This document shows, piece by piece, positions 45,757 through 55,112 of a stretch of 64,000 bases of DNA. The stretch is taken from the NCBI RefSeq assembly GCF_022846255.1, contig NZ_AP025682.1; one strand, 5' to 3'. Position 1 is the stretch's first letter, and each line of letters begins with the position of its first letter. Below the pieces are notes generated by a model. The model saw nothing but the letters and a program-made list of their open reading frames with translations, searched no databases and was not told the DNA's origin. The position numbers and the translations under genes were made by a program. Source of the DNA: Escherichia coli. Lineage in GTDB: Bacteria; Pseudomonadota; Gammaproteobacteria; Enterobacterales; Enterobacteriaceae.

Positions 45757-47388
45757 TTATTCTCCTTTTTTTATTCTCTTATGGAATTCATACCATCTAT
45801 CAGCATTTATGTTCCCATCATTTTTATCATACAGTGTTCTTTTTGAAATTTTATCGTGAATTTTTGAAATCGTTTCGTTATCTAAACCAGAATTCTCAAT
45901 CGGATAATGTTCACACGGCTTAAACGCATATGAGTGCTTGCAGTAGCCATGTTTTGATACCAGTACTGCACCACTACTAAGTGAATCAAACTCATTAAGA
46001 ACCACCACTGGAATATCCTTTATTCTGTGCTCATTAACACACACTGATAACTTTTGTTCTCTTATTGCTTTAGACATTTGAAGATGCGATCTGTGGTCAT
46101 AAGAAAAATTTTGAGAAATAAGCTTACGTCCAGACCAGCGAGCAATACTAAACTCATCCATACCATTTATTTGAGCAAAAGTGTTGAGAAGATGCCTCAG
46201 TTGATGTGTTCTTAGCAAATATGGGCTACCATCATCATTTATATAACCATGTCTTTTAAATACATTTAAATATCCTTTTATATAATCAGAATCAACGATA
46301 TCAGTTTTAAAAAAATTCGTTGTAGGTCTGAATAACTTATCTAACATTTCCTTTTTATTTTGATTTAACTGTCCTTCAGTTAACAAGCAAAGCGCATTAG
46401 AATATTTGATTTTCTTCTCTCTATCATACCAAAAGAGATCTGGAGGTATATTTTCTTTAAGGGTTCCCATCGTTGAATTAGAGTAATTCTTTTGAATTTC
46501 AGCAGCCAATAATCTCGCTTGACTTGATAATTCTTTTAATCTGCTAATAGCCTTTTTTGCTACAGGTATCATTAAAGTTGGAATCCATTTTATATTGCCT
46601 TCATACCCTTTTGCTGAAAAAAATCTTAAACCGTATCTTTGAATGCCCTTTCCATCACATTCTGTAATTTCACAATCCACTGGCAAAGCTAAAATTTCCG
46701 ATATCCTACTCGGTGCACACATAAGTAAAGCAAGCACAGATGTAGTAAATATATCTCTTGACGATAATTGTTCATCCCGCTTTGAAAAAATCTCAGCAAT
46801 CGCAATAACTGATTTGATATCAGGCAATCTAGAATGGCCTTCCAGTGAAGAATCATAACCAGTCCAAGACTGAGTAATCCTATACCTAATTGGACTTATC
46901 CAAAATAAATAAGATGAGTTAGTCATCCTATTATCATTTAAAAATGAACTCAATTTCTCAAGTTCTTTCCCAATAGCAAATGCATGTGCTTTAGAATACT
47001 TTTCAGAGGCTATCCTTATGCATTCATCAAAGATTGAATTGTTGCAATAGTTTACATTAGCTTCCATATTGATTTTAAGTAAAACGAATTCGACAATCTT
47101 CAACATTGATAATGTTGAGTGTTTCGTCTTAGATTTATTGAATGAATGCACATGCAACATATATGCTTTAGCAAAATTAATAAAGCTATCATCTAAGCAT
47201 TCTTTGCTGTTTAGGTTGTTTTTTGAGTTAAACTTAGTAAACCTATATAAACCTTTCCATTTATTGCTTTCCCAAGAAGTTGTTAAATTATTATTAGAAA
47301 TAGTACTCTTACAAAACTCGATGAACTTAATAACATTATCGTGAGGGTTGTTTTTATTGCTTGGTTCAAAAATAAATATATTGTTCAT
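45757..47388 (-). CDS. Tyrosine recombinase (543 aa), third of three tandem recombinases
   Basis: Catalytic-region motifs PSRISEIL (box I Arg), HQLRHLLNT (HxxR), downstream Tyr region; 4-nt overlap with the upstream recombinase gene. Confidence 0.65.
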   Translation of the reverse strand: MNNIFIFEPSNKNNPHDNVIKFIEFCKSTISNNNLTTSWESNKWKGLYRFTKFNSKNNLNSKECLDDSFINFAKAYMLHVHSFNKSKTKHSTLSMLKIVEFVLLKINMEANVNYCNNSIFDECIRIASEKYSKAHAFAIGKELEKLSSFLNDNRMTNSSYLFWISPIRYRITQSWTGYDSSLEGHSRLPDIKSVIAIAEIFSKRDEQLSSRDIFTTSVLALLMCAPSRISEILALPVDCEITECDGKGIQRYGLRFFSAKGYEGNIKWIPTLMIPVAKKAISRLKELSSQARLLAAEIQKNYSNSTMGTLKENIPPDLFWYDREKKIKYSNALCLLTEGQLNQNKKEMLDKLFRPTTNFFKTDIVDSDYIKGYLNVFKRHGYINDDGSPYLLRTHQLRHLLNTFAQINGMDEFSIARWSGRKLISQNFSYDHRSHLQMSKAIREQKLSVCVNEHRIKDIPVVVLNEFDSLSSGAVLVSKHGYCKHSYAFKPCEHYPIENSGLDNETISKIHDKISKRTLYDKNDGNINADRWYEFHKRIKKGE

Positions 47389-48710
47389 AATGCTCTCCAG
47401 GGATTGAATTTTTTACACGTTAAGCATTTCAAATCCTCTTTCGTATCTTCTAATAAGAAAAATGCATCTGAAACATACTTGATAAAAAAGTTCTTGTTTT
47501 CTTCAATCTCTATGCCCATAAGTATATTAGATAAGGGGTTAAAAAACGCACTTAGTCTCTTATCGATGTCATAAACGTTGTCAGGATTGTTTTTTATATA
47601 TATCATAGAAGAGTTTACTGATTTATGATCTAAGGCTTTAGCAATCACCTCAATTGAGGCTCCTTCGTTAGCCAGTCGACTTCCTAACGTATATCTGAAT
47701 CTTCTAGCATTAAGTTCTATATAGCTGTTAGTCCTTTCTGACCTAACATCGAATTTTGACGGAAAGTGTTTTAATAGTTTTGACATAACTGAATTTTTCA
47801 TATGGAAAAAATCTGTTGTTAAATCAGATAAAAAATCCTCAATCCTTTTTGTTTCCGTAATCTTATCTAAATTCATGAAGATTGGTAATTCGCCTCTATA
47901 GTTATTAATCCCAACACTGAATTTATCTTCAACAAACGCCTGATTTTGATTAATTAGCATTGATAAACTGTCATATAAGAACGGTTCTATCATTACCATA
48001 TTAAATTCTTTTCTGAAACATTTTCTTTGTTTTACTTTTGGTACATTCAAAAAGCACCCTCTCTCATTTTTAATGAGATCTTTAGCTTTTAGAGATATCA
48101 ATTGTAATGGCCTTCTTCCTGTTATTGCCAGCAAAAGGATATAACAATACAAAAAGCATTGAATTTTCTTCTCATGATAAAATTTTCCAACGGCGTTAAT
48201 AATGTTATTGAATTCCGTTTCAGTTAAAGGTCCTTTATTTGGATCTCGTCTTTTAACTGCATCTCCTGTTTGGTTTGGAATGATTTTTATTTTCTCCAGC
48301 ATTCTAATGGCAGTCGCATCTACCCCAGGGTAATTGAGATTTTTCCATTTAGTGATGAAAGCCTTAATTGAGTTTAGTTTGTAGTTTCTTTCTGAACCTA
48401 AATAAACATTCAATTGATATATTGCTTTGTCATCAATAGTATCGATGGTCATTGCACCAAACCACTTATAAAATAGATTGTTAATATTTTGTATATAAAA
48501 AGAACTATATTCAGACGCATAGTAAGCTAATGTTTTTAAGTAGCTAAGTTTCATTTTTGTAGGCATTCTATCTACAACTTTATGAGGGTATACGCAGTTT
48601 TCTTTATCAAGTTGCCATTTCTTATCTGACAGTTTGAAACTATATCTATTCATCTTAGCAAAAAAAATTTGCTCACTTTCAATACATTTTATTTCCACAT
48701 TAAACCCCAC
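47385..48710 (-). CDS. Tyrosine recombinase (441 aa), second of three
   Basis: Motifs ITGRRPLQLISLK (box I Arg), RFRYTLGSRL and LDHKSVNSSMIY (box II); overlaps neighbours at both ends. Confidence 0.65.
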   Translation of the reverse strand: MGFNVEIKCIESEQIFFAKMNRYSFKLSDKKWQLDKENCVYPHKVVDRMPTKMKLSYLKTLAYYASEYSSFYIQNINNLFYKWFGAMTIDTIDDKAIYQLNVYLGSERNYKLNSIKAFITKWKNLNYPGVDATAIRMLEKIKIIPNQTGDAVKRRDPNKGPLTETEFNNIINAVGKFYHEKKIQCFLYCYILLLAITGRRPLQLISLKAKDLIKNERGCFLNVPKVKQRKCFRKEFNMVMIEPFLYDSLSMLINQNQAFVEDKFSVGINNYRGELPIFMNLDKITETKRIEDFLSDLTTDFFHMKNSVMSKLLKHFPSKFDVRSERTNSYIELNARRFRYTLGSRLANEGASIEVIAKALDHKSVNSSMIYIKNNPDNVYDIDKRLSAFFNPLSNILMGIEIEENKNFFIKYVSDAFFLLEDTKEDLKCLTCKKFNPWRAL

Positions 48711-49905
48711 TAATTATTTTACTTACTGATTTATAGACCTTTAGGACGACATCCTTCTCTTGTTGGGATATATATTTAAAATTGTATCTATTACACATGA
48801 TTGACTCCTTTGACCAACCCATTAGATAATTCCTTAAATCTTTCCTTCTACTATATTCTAATTCAGCGCCTTCAATTCCTTTAGAATACATATAATTCCA
48901 AGAGTGCCTTAACCTATGACCTGAAAGATTATATAGCTTTGGACTTGCTCGTTTCAGTGTTGATATCACCTTCTCATAAGCTGAAATGCTTAAGGGTTCT
49001 CCTGCGTTTTTTCCGGTGCAATGAGCCACGAATAAGAAATTATGTTTTTTCCTTTTTGTCATTTTTTCCCTGCTATTGCTTATGTAATCAAAAATTTCAC
49101 TGGCTAACTCATCAGATAACGGAATAACCCTTTCTCCAGTCTTTACTAATGGCTGATAAGCTCTTCCATCTTCTTTTGAATCATGTCTTCTGACTACACT
49201 TAAAGTGTTGTCTCTGAGATCAAAATCATCTATTTTAAGATTGAGCAACTCTCCAGCCCTTAAACCTAAATTTAAGAGCAAGGTAAATATTAGTCTGTTC
49301 CTGACCTGTACTTCCTTATGAAAAGGGTTTTCAATCCCACCAATTTCCAATAGACGGAAAAGCACATTGATCTCTTCTTCATTTAACGATTTTTCAGATA
49401 TTTCATTCATATTCAATGAACTGTTTCTTGGAATATGTGCTCTGATACTTTCAATAAATACTTCTACTTCATACTTTGCATGAATCCCCTTTGACGAATG
49501 AACTAATCCACATAACCACTTAAGGTAGCGTGAAAAAACGTGTACTCTATAACTAAAGGTTCTCTTTGCAATAAACCTATTACTTGCTGATTTTATATTT
49601 ATAATTTTTTGTCTATCGAATCTTTGTTTCGCATATCTTACCAGATCATCTATTTCTGCAACGCTGAGATACTTTTTAAGCTCAATTCTCTCAACTATAT
49701 TAATTTTCCTACTATCTAAGAAATTACTAAAAATTAGTAAGTTAGTTGCAACTATTTCCATAGTTGAGGCGGTTGCGCCTCTATTTCTTATGTCTGTAGT
49801 AAGAAATAGATTTTGATAGTAAGCTGGTAGATTACTATTTTTATCAAGGATCAGGCATCCTCGCTCCCCATTACTCATGATGAATTTCTTTACTTTATAT
49901 CCCAT
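48700..49905 (-). CDS. Tyrosine recombinase (401 aa), first of three
   Basis: Motifs LGLRAGELLNLKIDD (box I Arg), GHRLRHSW (HxxR), LMGWSKESIMCNRY (box II Tyr). Confidence 0.65.
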   Translation of the reverse strand: MGYKVKKFIMSNGERGCLILDKNSNLPAYYQNLFLTTDIRNRGATASTMEIVATNLLIFSNFLDSRKINIVERIELKKYLSVAEIDDLVRYAKQRFDRQKIINIKSASNRFIAKRTFSYRVHVFSRYLKWLCGLVHSSKGIHAKYEVEVFIESIRAHIPRNSSLNMNEISEKSLNEEEINVLFRLLEIGGIENPFHKEVQVRNRLIFTLLLNLGLRAGELLNLKIDDFDLRDNTLSVVRRHDSKEDGRAYQPLVKTGERVIPLSDELASEIFDYISNSREKMTKRKKHNFLFVAHCTGKNAGEPLSISAYEKVISTLKRASPKLYNLSGHRLRHSWNYMYSKGIEGAELEYSRRKDLRNYLMGWSKESIMCNRYNFKYISQQEKDVVLKVYKSVSKIISGV

Positions 49906-50029
49906 TTTGACCTCATTCTTTACAAATTAATATCACTCTCACTTATTAAATATATTCCAATTCAAAATAATTCAAATTTTTTACAATGGCTTTAGTTTAT
50001 TTGGTATATATATTAATGGCTTGAAAAAA

Positions 50030-50049
50030 TTTATTTGACGTCAAATAAA
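50030..50049. repeat. 20-bp perfect palindrome upstream of the recombinase trio
   Basis: tttatttgacgtcaaataaa centred on GACGTC, ~125 bp upstream of the first recombinase start codon. Confidence 0.5.
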
Positions 50050-50287
50050 CAGGTACGGCTAGTATTGAGTATCCATACCCGATATTAAGAAAACCATCTT
50101 CAACCCTTATAGCAAAAGCTCTGCTAGAAAAAAGGTAAAGAATTACGTCAAATATACTTATTTTTCAGATACAAACTTTACAAAGCCTCTTTTTTTTCAA
50201 AGCCACTAAGTAAACTCAAAAGATCTCTAAATTCCTTTTTCTTAATACATTATCAAAAGTTAAAAAATCCATGAAGCAGCATTCCTG

Positions 50288-50491
50288 TTAAGCGACATGC
50301 TTTCTTGAATTTTCGATAATTAATTGAATCCATTCATCGATTTCGCTTTCTACAAAAGCGGTAGCACGAATACCGATCTTTACTGGCTGTGGGAACCGAT
50401 TTTGGCTGATAAGACGATAGATCCACGCTTTACCAAATCCAGTTTTCTTCATGACTTCTGGTAAACGGATGAGACGAGCTTGATTTTCCAT
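50288..50491 (-). CDS. alpA: AlpA-family phage/island transcriptional regulator (excisionase-like HTH)
   Basis: MENQARLIRLPEVMKKTGFGKAWIYRLISQNRFPQPVKIG... typical AlpA HTH; RBS agga 7 nt upstream of ATG 50491 (the ORF-track start at 50575 is probably too long); adjacent to the integrase module. Confidence 0.75.
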   Translation of the reverse strand: MENQARLIRLPEVMKKTGFGKAWIYRLISQNRFPQPVKIGIRATAFVESEIDEWIQLIIENSRKHVA

Positions 50492-50611
50492 ATGTATGTC
50501 CTCTGTTGTGTCTACAGGGCTACAGTACAAATGAATTTCGAATGGATGAAGCGAGATTACGAACATCAGAGCCATCCCTGGCTCGAAACTATGAGTCTCT
50601 GGAGATTCATA

Positions 50612-51523
50612 TCACTCAGAGTCTGAGAGTTTCATAACATCCGAAACCCTCATTTCTTTAACATGCTGATTTTTATTGATAAAAAAGTTAAATTGCCTTA
50701 AAAAATCAATTTCTACAGTTTTCATTGCGAAAGGCCGATCAGCATCTCTTATATGATATCCTTGGCGAATCGCCTTATCATCATCTTCATCCGTGTATAG
50801 CAATCGAGATAATCTGTCGTCTGACAGAAGTAATTTTTTTCTTTCTGACCATGCGAGCAAATCAAGCATAGGGATAATTCGATAGCTAATTAATTTTTTT
50901 ATTGCCCCATAACCAAATCTGACTGCATCAAGTGGTGCAGGTTTAACGCCTTTTACTTTTCGCCATTGTGGTAATGATACTCGCAGGGCCTCAGCTATCT
51001 CATCATCGCTTCCACCCGCAAGATCGATTTCTAACATAATCGTAGTAGGAAACTGTTCAGGAATTTTTTCGGAAATATATTCATTTTCAATAGTGGAATC
51101 AATTTTATATTGTTCTGTATTTGCTCTAATGAATAAAGCCTTTCTCATACAATCAAAACTGATATTTGCTATTCGATCAACAGTAGTAATAAAAAAGTAT
51201 GGGGGTTGATATAATTTATTTTCGGCATCCATATAATTTAAGTGCTTCTCTTTGATAAGAAAAGGATCACCATCCAATATCTGCATATAATTTTTCAATA
51301 CTGTTTTCTGCATTCCTTCTTCTATTACTGGTTTGAAAAAATAGGTTCTCGCCCATATTTCATGGTAAAGCATATTAATAGAAATGTTTTCAAACCCTCG
51401 ATATTTGTCCAAATCAAACCACGTTTTCACTGCTTTGGTGTCTTCTGATGTCCAACTATTCATTTTTACCCAAGATTTCATTAATGCCACTCCGTTGTAA
51501 AAAGTTTTACTTCGTAATAGCAC
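50612..51523 (-). CDS. Hypothetical protein (303 aa) of the integrase-alpA module
   Basis: ORF between integrase and alpA on the same strand; no motif recognised. Confidence 0.55.
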   Translation of the reverse strand: MLLRSKTFYNGVALMKSWVKMNSWTSEDTKAVKTWFDLDKYRGFENISINMLYHEIWARTYFFKPVIEEGMQKTVLKNYMQILDGDPFLIKEKHLNYMDAENKLYQPPYFFITTVDRIANISFDCMRKALFIRANTEQYKIDSTIENEYISEKIPEQFPTTIMLEIDLAGGSDDEIAEALRVSLPQWRKVKGVKPAPLDAVRFGYGAIKKLISYRIIPMLDLLAWSERKKLLLSDDRLSRLLYTDEDDDKAIRQGYHIRDADRPFAMKTVEIDFLRQFNFFINKNQHVKEMRVSDVMKLSDSE

Positions 51524-51592
51524 ATAAATCGCAAATAAAAAAATGGCGTCTCAATTGGTTATTGAATACGCCATTTTACTCATAAAAATCAG

Positions 51593-52840
51593 TTAGTTAT
51601 TAAAATCAAAAGGTGCAATTCTTCTCTTAGTTGTTTCATCAAGATAATCAGCCCACCACTGCAACATCAACCTACGCTCATCCAAATGCTCAGCTTTATG
51701 AATGTATGCGGCACGAACGGAGTTCCGCTCCTGATGGCTCATCTGCCTCTCAACAGCATCTCTCGACCACTTTCCTGACTCGATCAAAGCACTACAAGCC
51801 ATCGCTCTAAAACCATGCCCACATACCTCAACGGTTGTGTCATAACCCATCGCCCTGAGCGCCTTGTTCACTGTGTTTTCGCTCATAGGTTTTCTGAAAT
51901 CATGATCGCCAATGAATACCAGGTCGCATTCGCCGCTGATTTCTCTGATGGCTTTTAGAAGTTCTAAAGCCTGACGACTTAACGGCACGAGGTGTGGGGT
52001 CTTCATTTTTGAACCTCGATGGGAATGTTTGACTCCTGGCAATAGCTCGCGTTCTCCAGGGATAGTCCACATCGCATTTTCAAAGTCGATCTCCGACCAT
52101 CTTGCGAATCGGAGTTCAATGGAACGGATAAAAATGAGCAATGTCAGCTTCACAGCTAATTTAGTAAGTTTCCTACCTTTAAAGCTTTCAATGCGCTCTA
52201 AAAGCTCTGAGAACCTATCAAATGGTAAGGCTGGTCTGTGGGTTCGTTTCGCAACTGTAATTGCCCCAGACATATCTTGTGCTGGATTGTAGTCAATTAA
52301 GCCATTCTGGACGGCATATCGCATTACTGCCGTAGTCCTTTGCTGTAGTCGGGAAGCAACTTCCAGTCGTCCAGAAGCTTCAACGGCCTTGATAGGGGCG
52401 ATAAGATCTCTGGTATTAAGCTCGGATATTTTTCTTTTACCAATAGCAGTAAAGAGACCATCCTCCATGCTTTTTAGAACTCTTTCGCTGTGAGAATCTG
52501 ACCATTTCCTTTTACAGGCAGTATGCCAGTCCCTTGCAACAGCTTCGAATGTCAGGGCTTCGCTTTGCTCAATCTTATCTGCTTTTTTCTTTTCAGAAGG
52601 ATCGATACCATCAGATACCAACTTTTTGGCTTCATCTCGCTTCCTGCGGGCTTCACCAAGAGAGACCATTGGATAAACACCCAATGCTAAAACTTTCTGT
52701 TTGCCCCCGAAACGGTATTGGAGTCGCCAGTACTTTGAACCATTGGGGTTGATCAGCAGGTGCATACCCTGCCCATCTGTGAGTTTGAAAGGTTTATCGG
52801 AGGGCTTTGTTGTTCGAACTTTGATATCAGTGAGTGCCAT
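51593..52840 (-). CDS. P4-type tyrosine integrase (intact)
   Basis: 415 aa; N-terminal GSKYWRLQYRFGGKQ and C-terminal catalytic region (HGFRAMACSAL, conserved Tyr region AAYIHKAE); starts 190 bp from the tRNA 3-prime end. Confidence 0.85.
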   Translation of the reverse strand: MALTDIKVRTTKPSDKPFKLTDGQGMHLLINPNGSKYWRLQYRFGGKQKVLALGVYPMVSLGEARRKRDEAKKLVSDGIDPSEKKKADKIEQSEALTFEAVARDWHTACKRKWSDSHSERVLKSMEDGLFTAIGKRKISELNTRDLIAPIKAVEASGRLEVASRLQQRTTAVMRYAVQNGLIDYNPAQDMSGAITVAKRTHRPALPFDRFSELLERIESFKGRKLTKLAVKLTLLIFIRSIELRFARWSEIDFENAMWTIPGERELLPGVKHSHRGSKMKTPHLVPLSRQALELLKAIREISGECDLVFIGDHDFRKPMSENTVNKALRAMGYDTTVEVCGHGFRAMACSALIESGKWSRDAVERQMSHQERNSVRAAYIHKAEHLDERRLMLQWWADYLDETTKRRIAPFDFNN

Positions 52841-53029
52841 CAGTTGATACCTCCATTGTTGGTACCAAAATCAATCGAACCGAGAATACCATCAGTTATA
52901 CCATCATCGGTTGGTATATGTTCAAGGAATTGAGTAGACGTGAACAGACTAAGCCAAGTCAGAAACTCGCTTAACTTACTGTTTTTTTGGACTAAAGTAG
53001 ACGTTAGTAGACTTGAAAAAAGCTTTGTA

Positions 53030-53114
53030 TGGTGCCGAAGGCCGGACTCGAACCGGCACGTATTTCTACGGTTGATTTTGAATCAACTGCGTCTACCGAT
53101 TTCGCCACTTCGGC
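53030..53114 (-). tRNA. leuX: tRNA-Leu (leuX-like, 85 nt with long variable arm)
   Basis: Acceptor stem GCCGAAG/CUUCGGC, T-arm GGTTCGAGTCC and 3-prime CCA read on the minus strand; sits between ahr and a P4-type integrase as at the K-12 leuX locus. Confidence 0.9.
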
Positions 53115-53309
53115 ACTGAAGAGGTATGCGGAAAACGTTGTGAATTATACCTGTCACGCGCCACCATGCAAGCGCCAGCTTGCTCGCACCTCGCTAAGTG
53201 CTGAAATTTTCAGCATTGCATACCGCGATGTGTAACCTTTGTCACACTCCAGGCACCCCGCCCTGCCATGCTCTACACTTCCCAGACCACACCAGAGAAG
53301 GACCAAAAA

Positions 53310-54329
53310 ATGTCGATGATAAAAAGCTATGCCGCAAAAGAAGCGGGTGGCGAACTGGAAGTTTATGAGTACGATCCCGGTGAACTGAAGCCACAAGATG
53401 TTGAAGTGCAGGTGGATTACTGCGGGATCTGTCATTCCGATCTGTCAATGATCGATAATGAATGGGGATTTTCACAATATCCACTGGTTGCCGGGCATGA
53501 GGTGATTGGTCGCGTAGTGGCGCTCGGGAGTGCCGCGCAGGATAAAGGTTTGCAGGTCGGTCAGCGTGTCGGGATTGGCTGGACGGCGCGTAGCTGCGGG
53601 CATTGCGATGCCTGTATTAGCGGTAATCAGATCAACTGCGAGCAAGGTGCGGTGCCAACAATTATGAATCGCGGCGGTTTTGCCGAGAAGTTGCGTGCAG
53701 ACTGGCAATGGGTGATCCCACTGCCGGAAAATATCGATATCGAGTCCGCCGGGCCGCTGCTGTGTGGTGGTATCACGGTCTTTAAACCGCTGTTGATGCA
53801 CCATATCACTGCCACCAGCCGCGTTGGGGTAATTGGTATTGGCGGGCTGGGGCATATAGCTATAAAACTTCTGCACGCAATGGGATGCGAGGTGACAGCC
53901 TTTAGTTCTAATCCGGCGAAAGAGCAGGAAGTGCTGGCGATGGGTGCCGATAAAGTGGTGAATAGCCGCGATCCACAGGCACTGAAAGCACTGGCGGGGC
54001 AGTTTGATCTCATTATCAACACCGTCAACGTCAGCCTCGACTGGCAGCCCTATTTTGAGGCGCTGACCTATGGCGGTAATTTCCATACGGTCGGTGCGGT
54101 CCTCACGCCGCTGTCTGTTCCGGCCTTTACGTTAATTGCGGGCGACCGCAGCGTCTCTGGTTCAGCAACCGGTACACCTTATGAGTTGCGTAAGCTGATG
54201 CGCTTTGCCGCCCGCAGCAAGGTTGTGCCGACTACCGAACTGTTCCCGATGTCGAAAATTAACGACGCCATCCAGCATGTGCGCGATGGTAAAGCGCGCT
54301 ACCGCGTGGTGTTGAAAGCAGATTTTTGA
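53310..54329 (+). CDS. ahr: NADPH-dependent aldehyde reductase Ahr (YjgB), zinc-type alcohol dehydrogenase
   Basis: Translation [26 protein letters not shown]... with zinc-ADH motifs ([15 protein letters not shown]); RBS upstream of ATG 53310. Confidence 0.9.
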   Translation: MSMIKSYAAKEAGGELEVYEYDPGELKPQDVEVQVDYCGICHSDLSMIDNEWGFSQYPLVAGHEVIGRVVALGSAAQDKGLQVGQRVGIGWTARSCGHCDACISGNQINCEQGAVPTIMNRGGFAEKLRADWQWVIPLPENIDIESAGPLLCGGITVFKPLLMHHITATSRVGVIGIGGLGHIAIKLLHAMGCEVTAFSSNPAKEQEVLAMGADKVVNSRDPQALKALAGQFDLIINTVNVSLDWQPYFEALTYGGNFHTVGAVLTPLSVPAFTLIAGDRSVSGSATGTPYELRKLMRFAARSKVVPTTELFPMSKINDAIQHVRDGKARYRVVLKADF

Positions 54330-54332
54330 AAA

Positions 54333-54896
54333 TCATTCGCAGCGCTGATCTGAGGCGCTGCCCTCTTTCGCACATATTCTGTTTTGTCTTATCGCCAGCA
54401 CAGCCTGCCGACATTGTTCGGTGACATTGGCAATATCATGGTTGATATCAATGCGCACAATATCCTGCTCATCTTCTTGTGGACGCTCCAGTGCCTCAAA
54501 CTGACTTTTTAGTAACGCTACCGGCATAAAATGCCCAGCCCGACGCTGCATTCGCGCGAGAATAGTTTCATAGTCGCCATCTAACCAGAGGAAATGAACA
54601 TGGGGGCTACCCTTGCGTAAAATATCACGATACTGTTTTTTTAATGATGAACAGACAATAAATCCTGTTTCATTCTTTTTATAAAGACTGTATGAAGCAT
54701 CATTTAAGCGTTCCAGCCAGGGAAGTCGATCTTCATCAGATAATGGAATACCCTGCGACATTTTATCTATATTTTTGGCTGGATGAAGATCGTCACCATC
54801 AATAAATTTAGCAGATAATAACGCGGCAACCTTGCTACCAATTAATGTTTTACCACTCCCTGAAACACCCATCAAAATAAAGCTTTCACCCGCCAT
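54333..54896 (-). CDS. idnK: Gluconokinase (thermosensitive, IdnK)
   Basis: 187 aa with P-loop GVSGSGKT; divergent from idnD as in the E. coli idn locus. Confidence 0.9.
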   Translation of the reverse strand: MAGESFILMGVSGSGKTLIGSKVAALLSAKFIDGDDLHPAKNIDKMSQGIPLSDEDRLPWLERLNDASYSLYKKNETGFIVCSSLKKQYRDILRKGSPHVHFLWLDGDYETILARMQRRAGHFMPVALLKSQFEALERPQEDEQDIVRIDINHDIANVTEQCRQAVLAIRQNRICAKEGSASDQRCE

Positions 54897-55112
54897 TTAA
54901 AATCTCCTGAATCATCTTACCTGCGGCGATACTACGCCTGGTGGCATAATAATTTCACGTTTTTTTATTTCTGCTGATAAGAATTACAAGGCACATCACG
55001 TTATGCGTAACATAGTAATGTAACAATTTTCTGACGTGATCTTCATCACAAATAATGACAATTAAAACCGCTTAAATGCTTCCGAGGTGTCTACCTGACC
55101 AGTGAGGAATTT
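54897..55112. promoter_or_regulatory. Divergent idnK/idnD promoter region
   Basis: 216-bp AT-rich intergenic region between divergently oriented idnK and idnDOTR; operator positions not mapped here. Confidence 0.4.

Larger units (their letters stand above)
45358..49905 (-). mobile_element. Recombinase-in-trio (RIT)-like or Tn554-like module: three overlapping tyrosine recombinase genes plus small accessory gene
   Basis: Three consecutive, translationally coupled tyrosine recombinase ORFs on one strand in AT-rich DNA; element boundaries not determined. Confidence 0.55.
34941..53029. mobile_element. tRNA-Leu-integrated genomic island (integrative mobilizable element)
   Basis: Bounded by the intact leuX (53030-53114) and its 23-bp 3-prime copy (34941-34963); carries a P4-type integrase adjacent to the tRNA, alpA, MobC and relaxase; cargo is visibly AT-rich relative to the flanking core. 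Confidence 0.7.

Noticed and set aside
21497-53029. Intact prophage
   Set aside because: No capsid, portal, terminase, tail or lysis genes are recognisable; content is integrases, recombinases, mobilisation and defence genes, i.e. genomic islands.
53472-54086. 204-aa and 133-aa minus-strand ORFs overlapping ahr
   Set aside because: Antisense to a well-conserved dehydrogenase gene; shadow ORFs.
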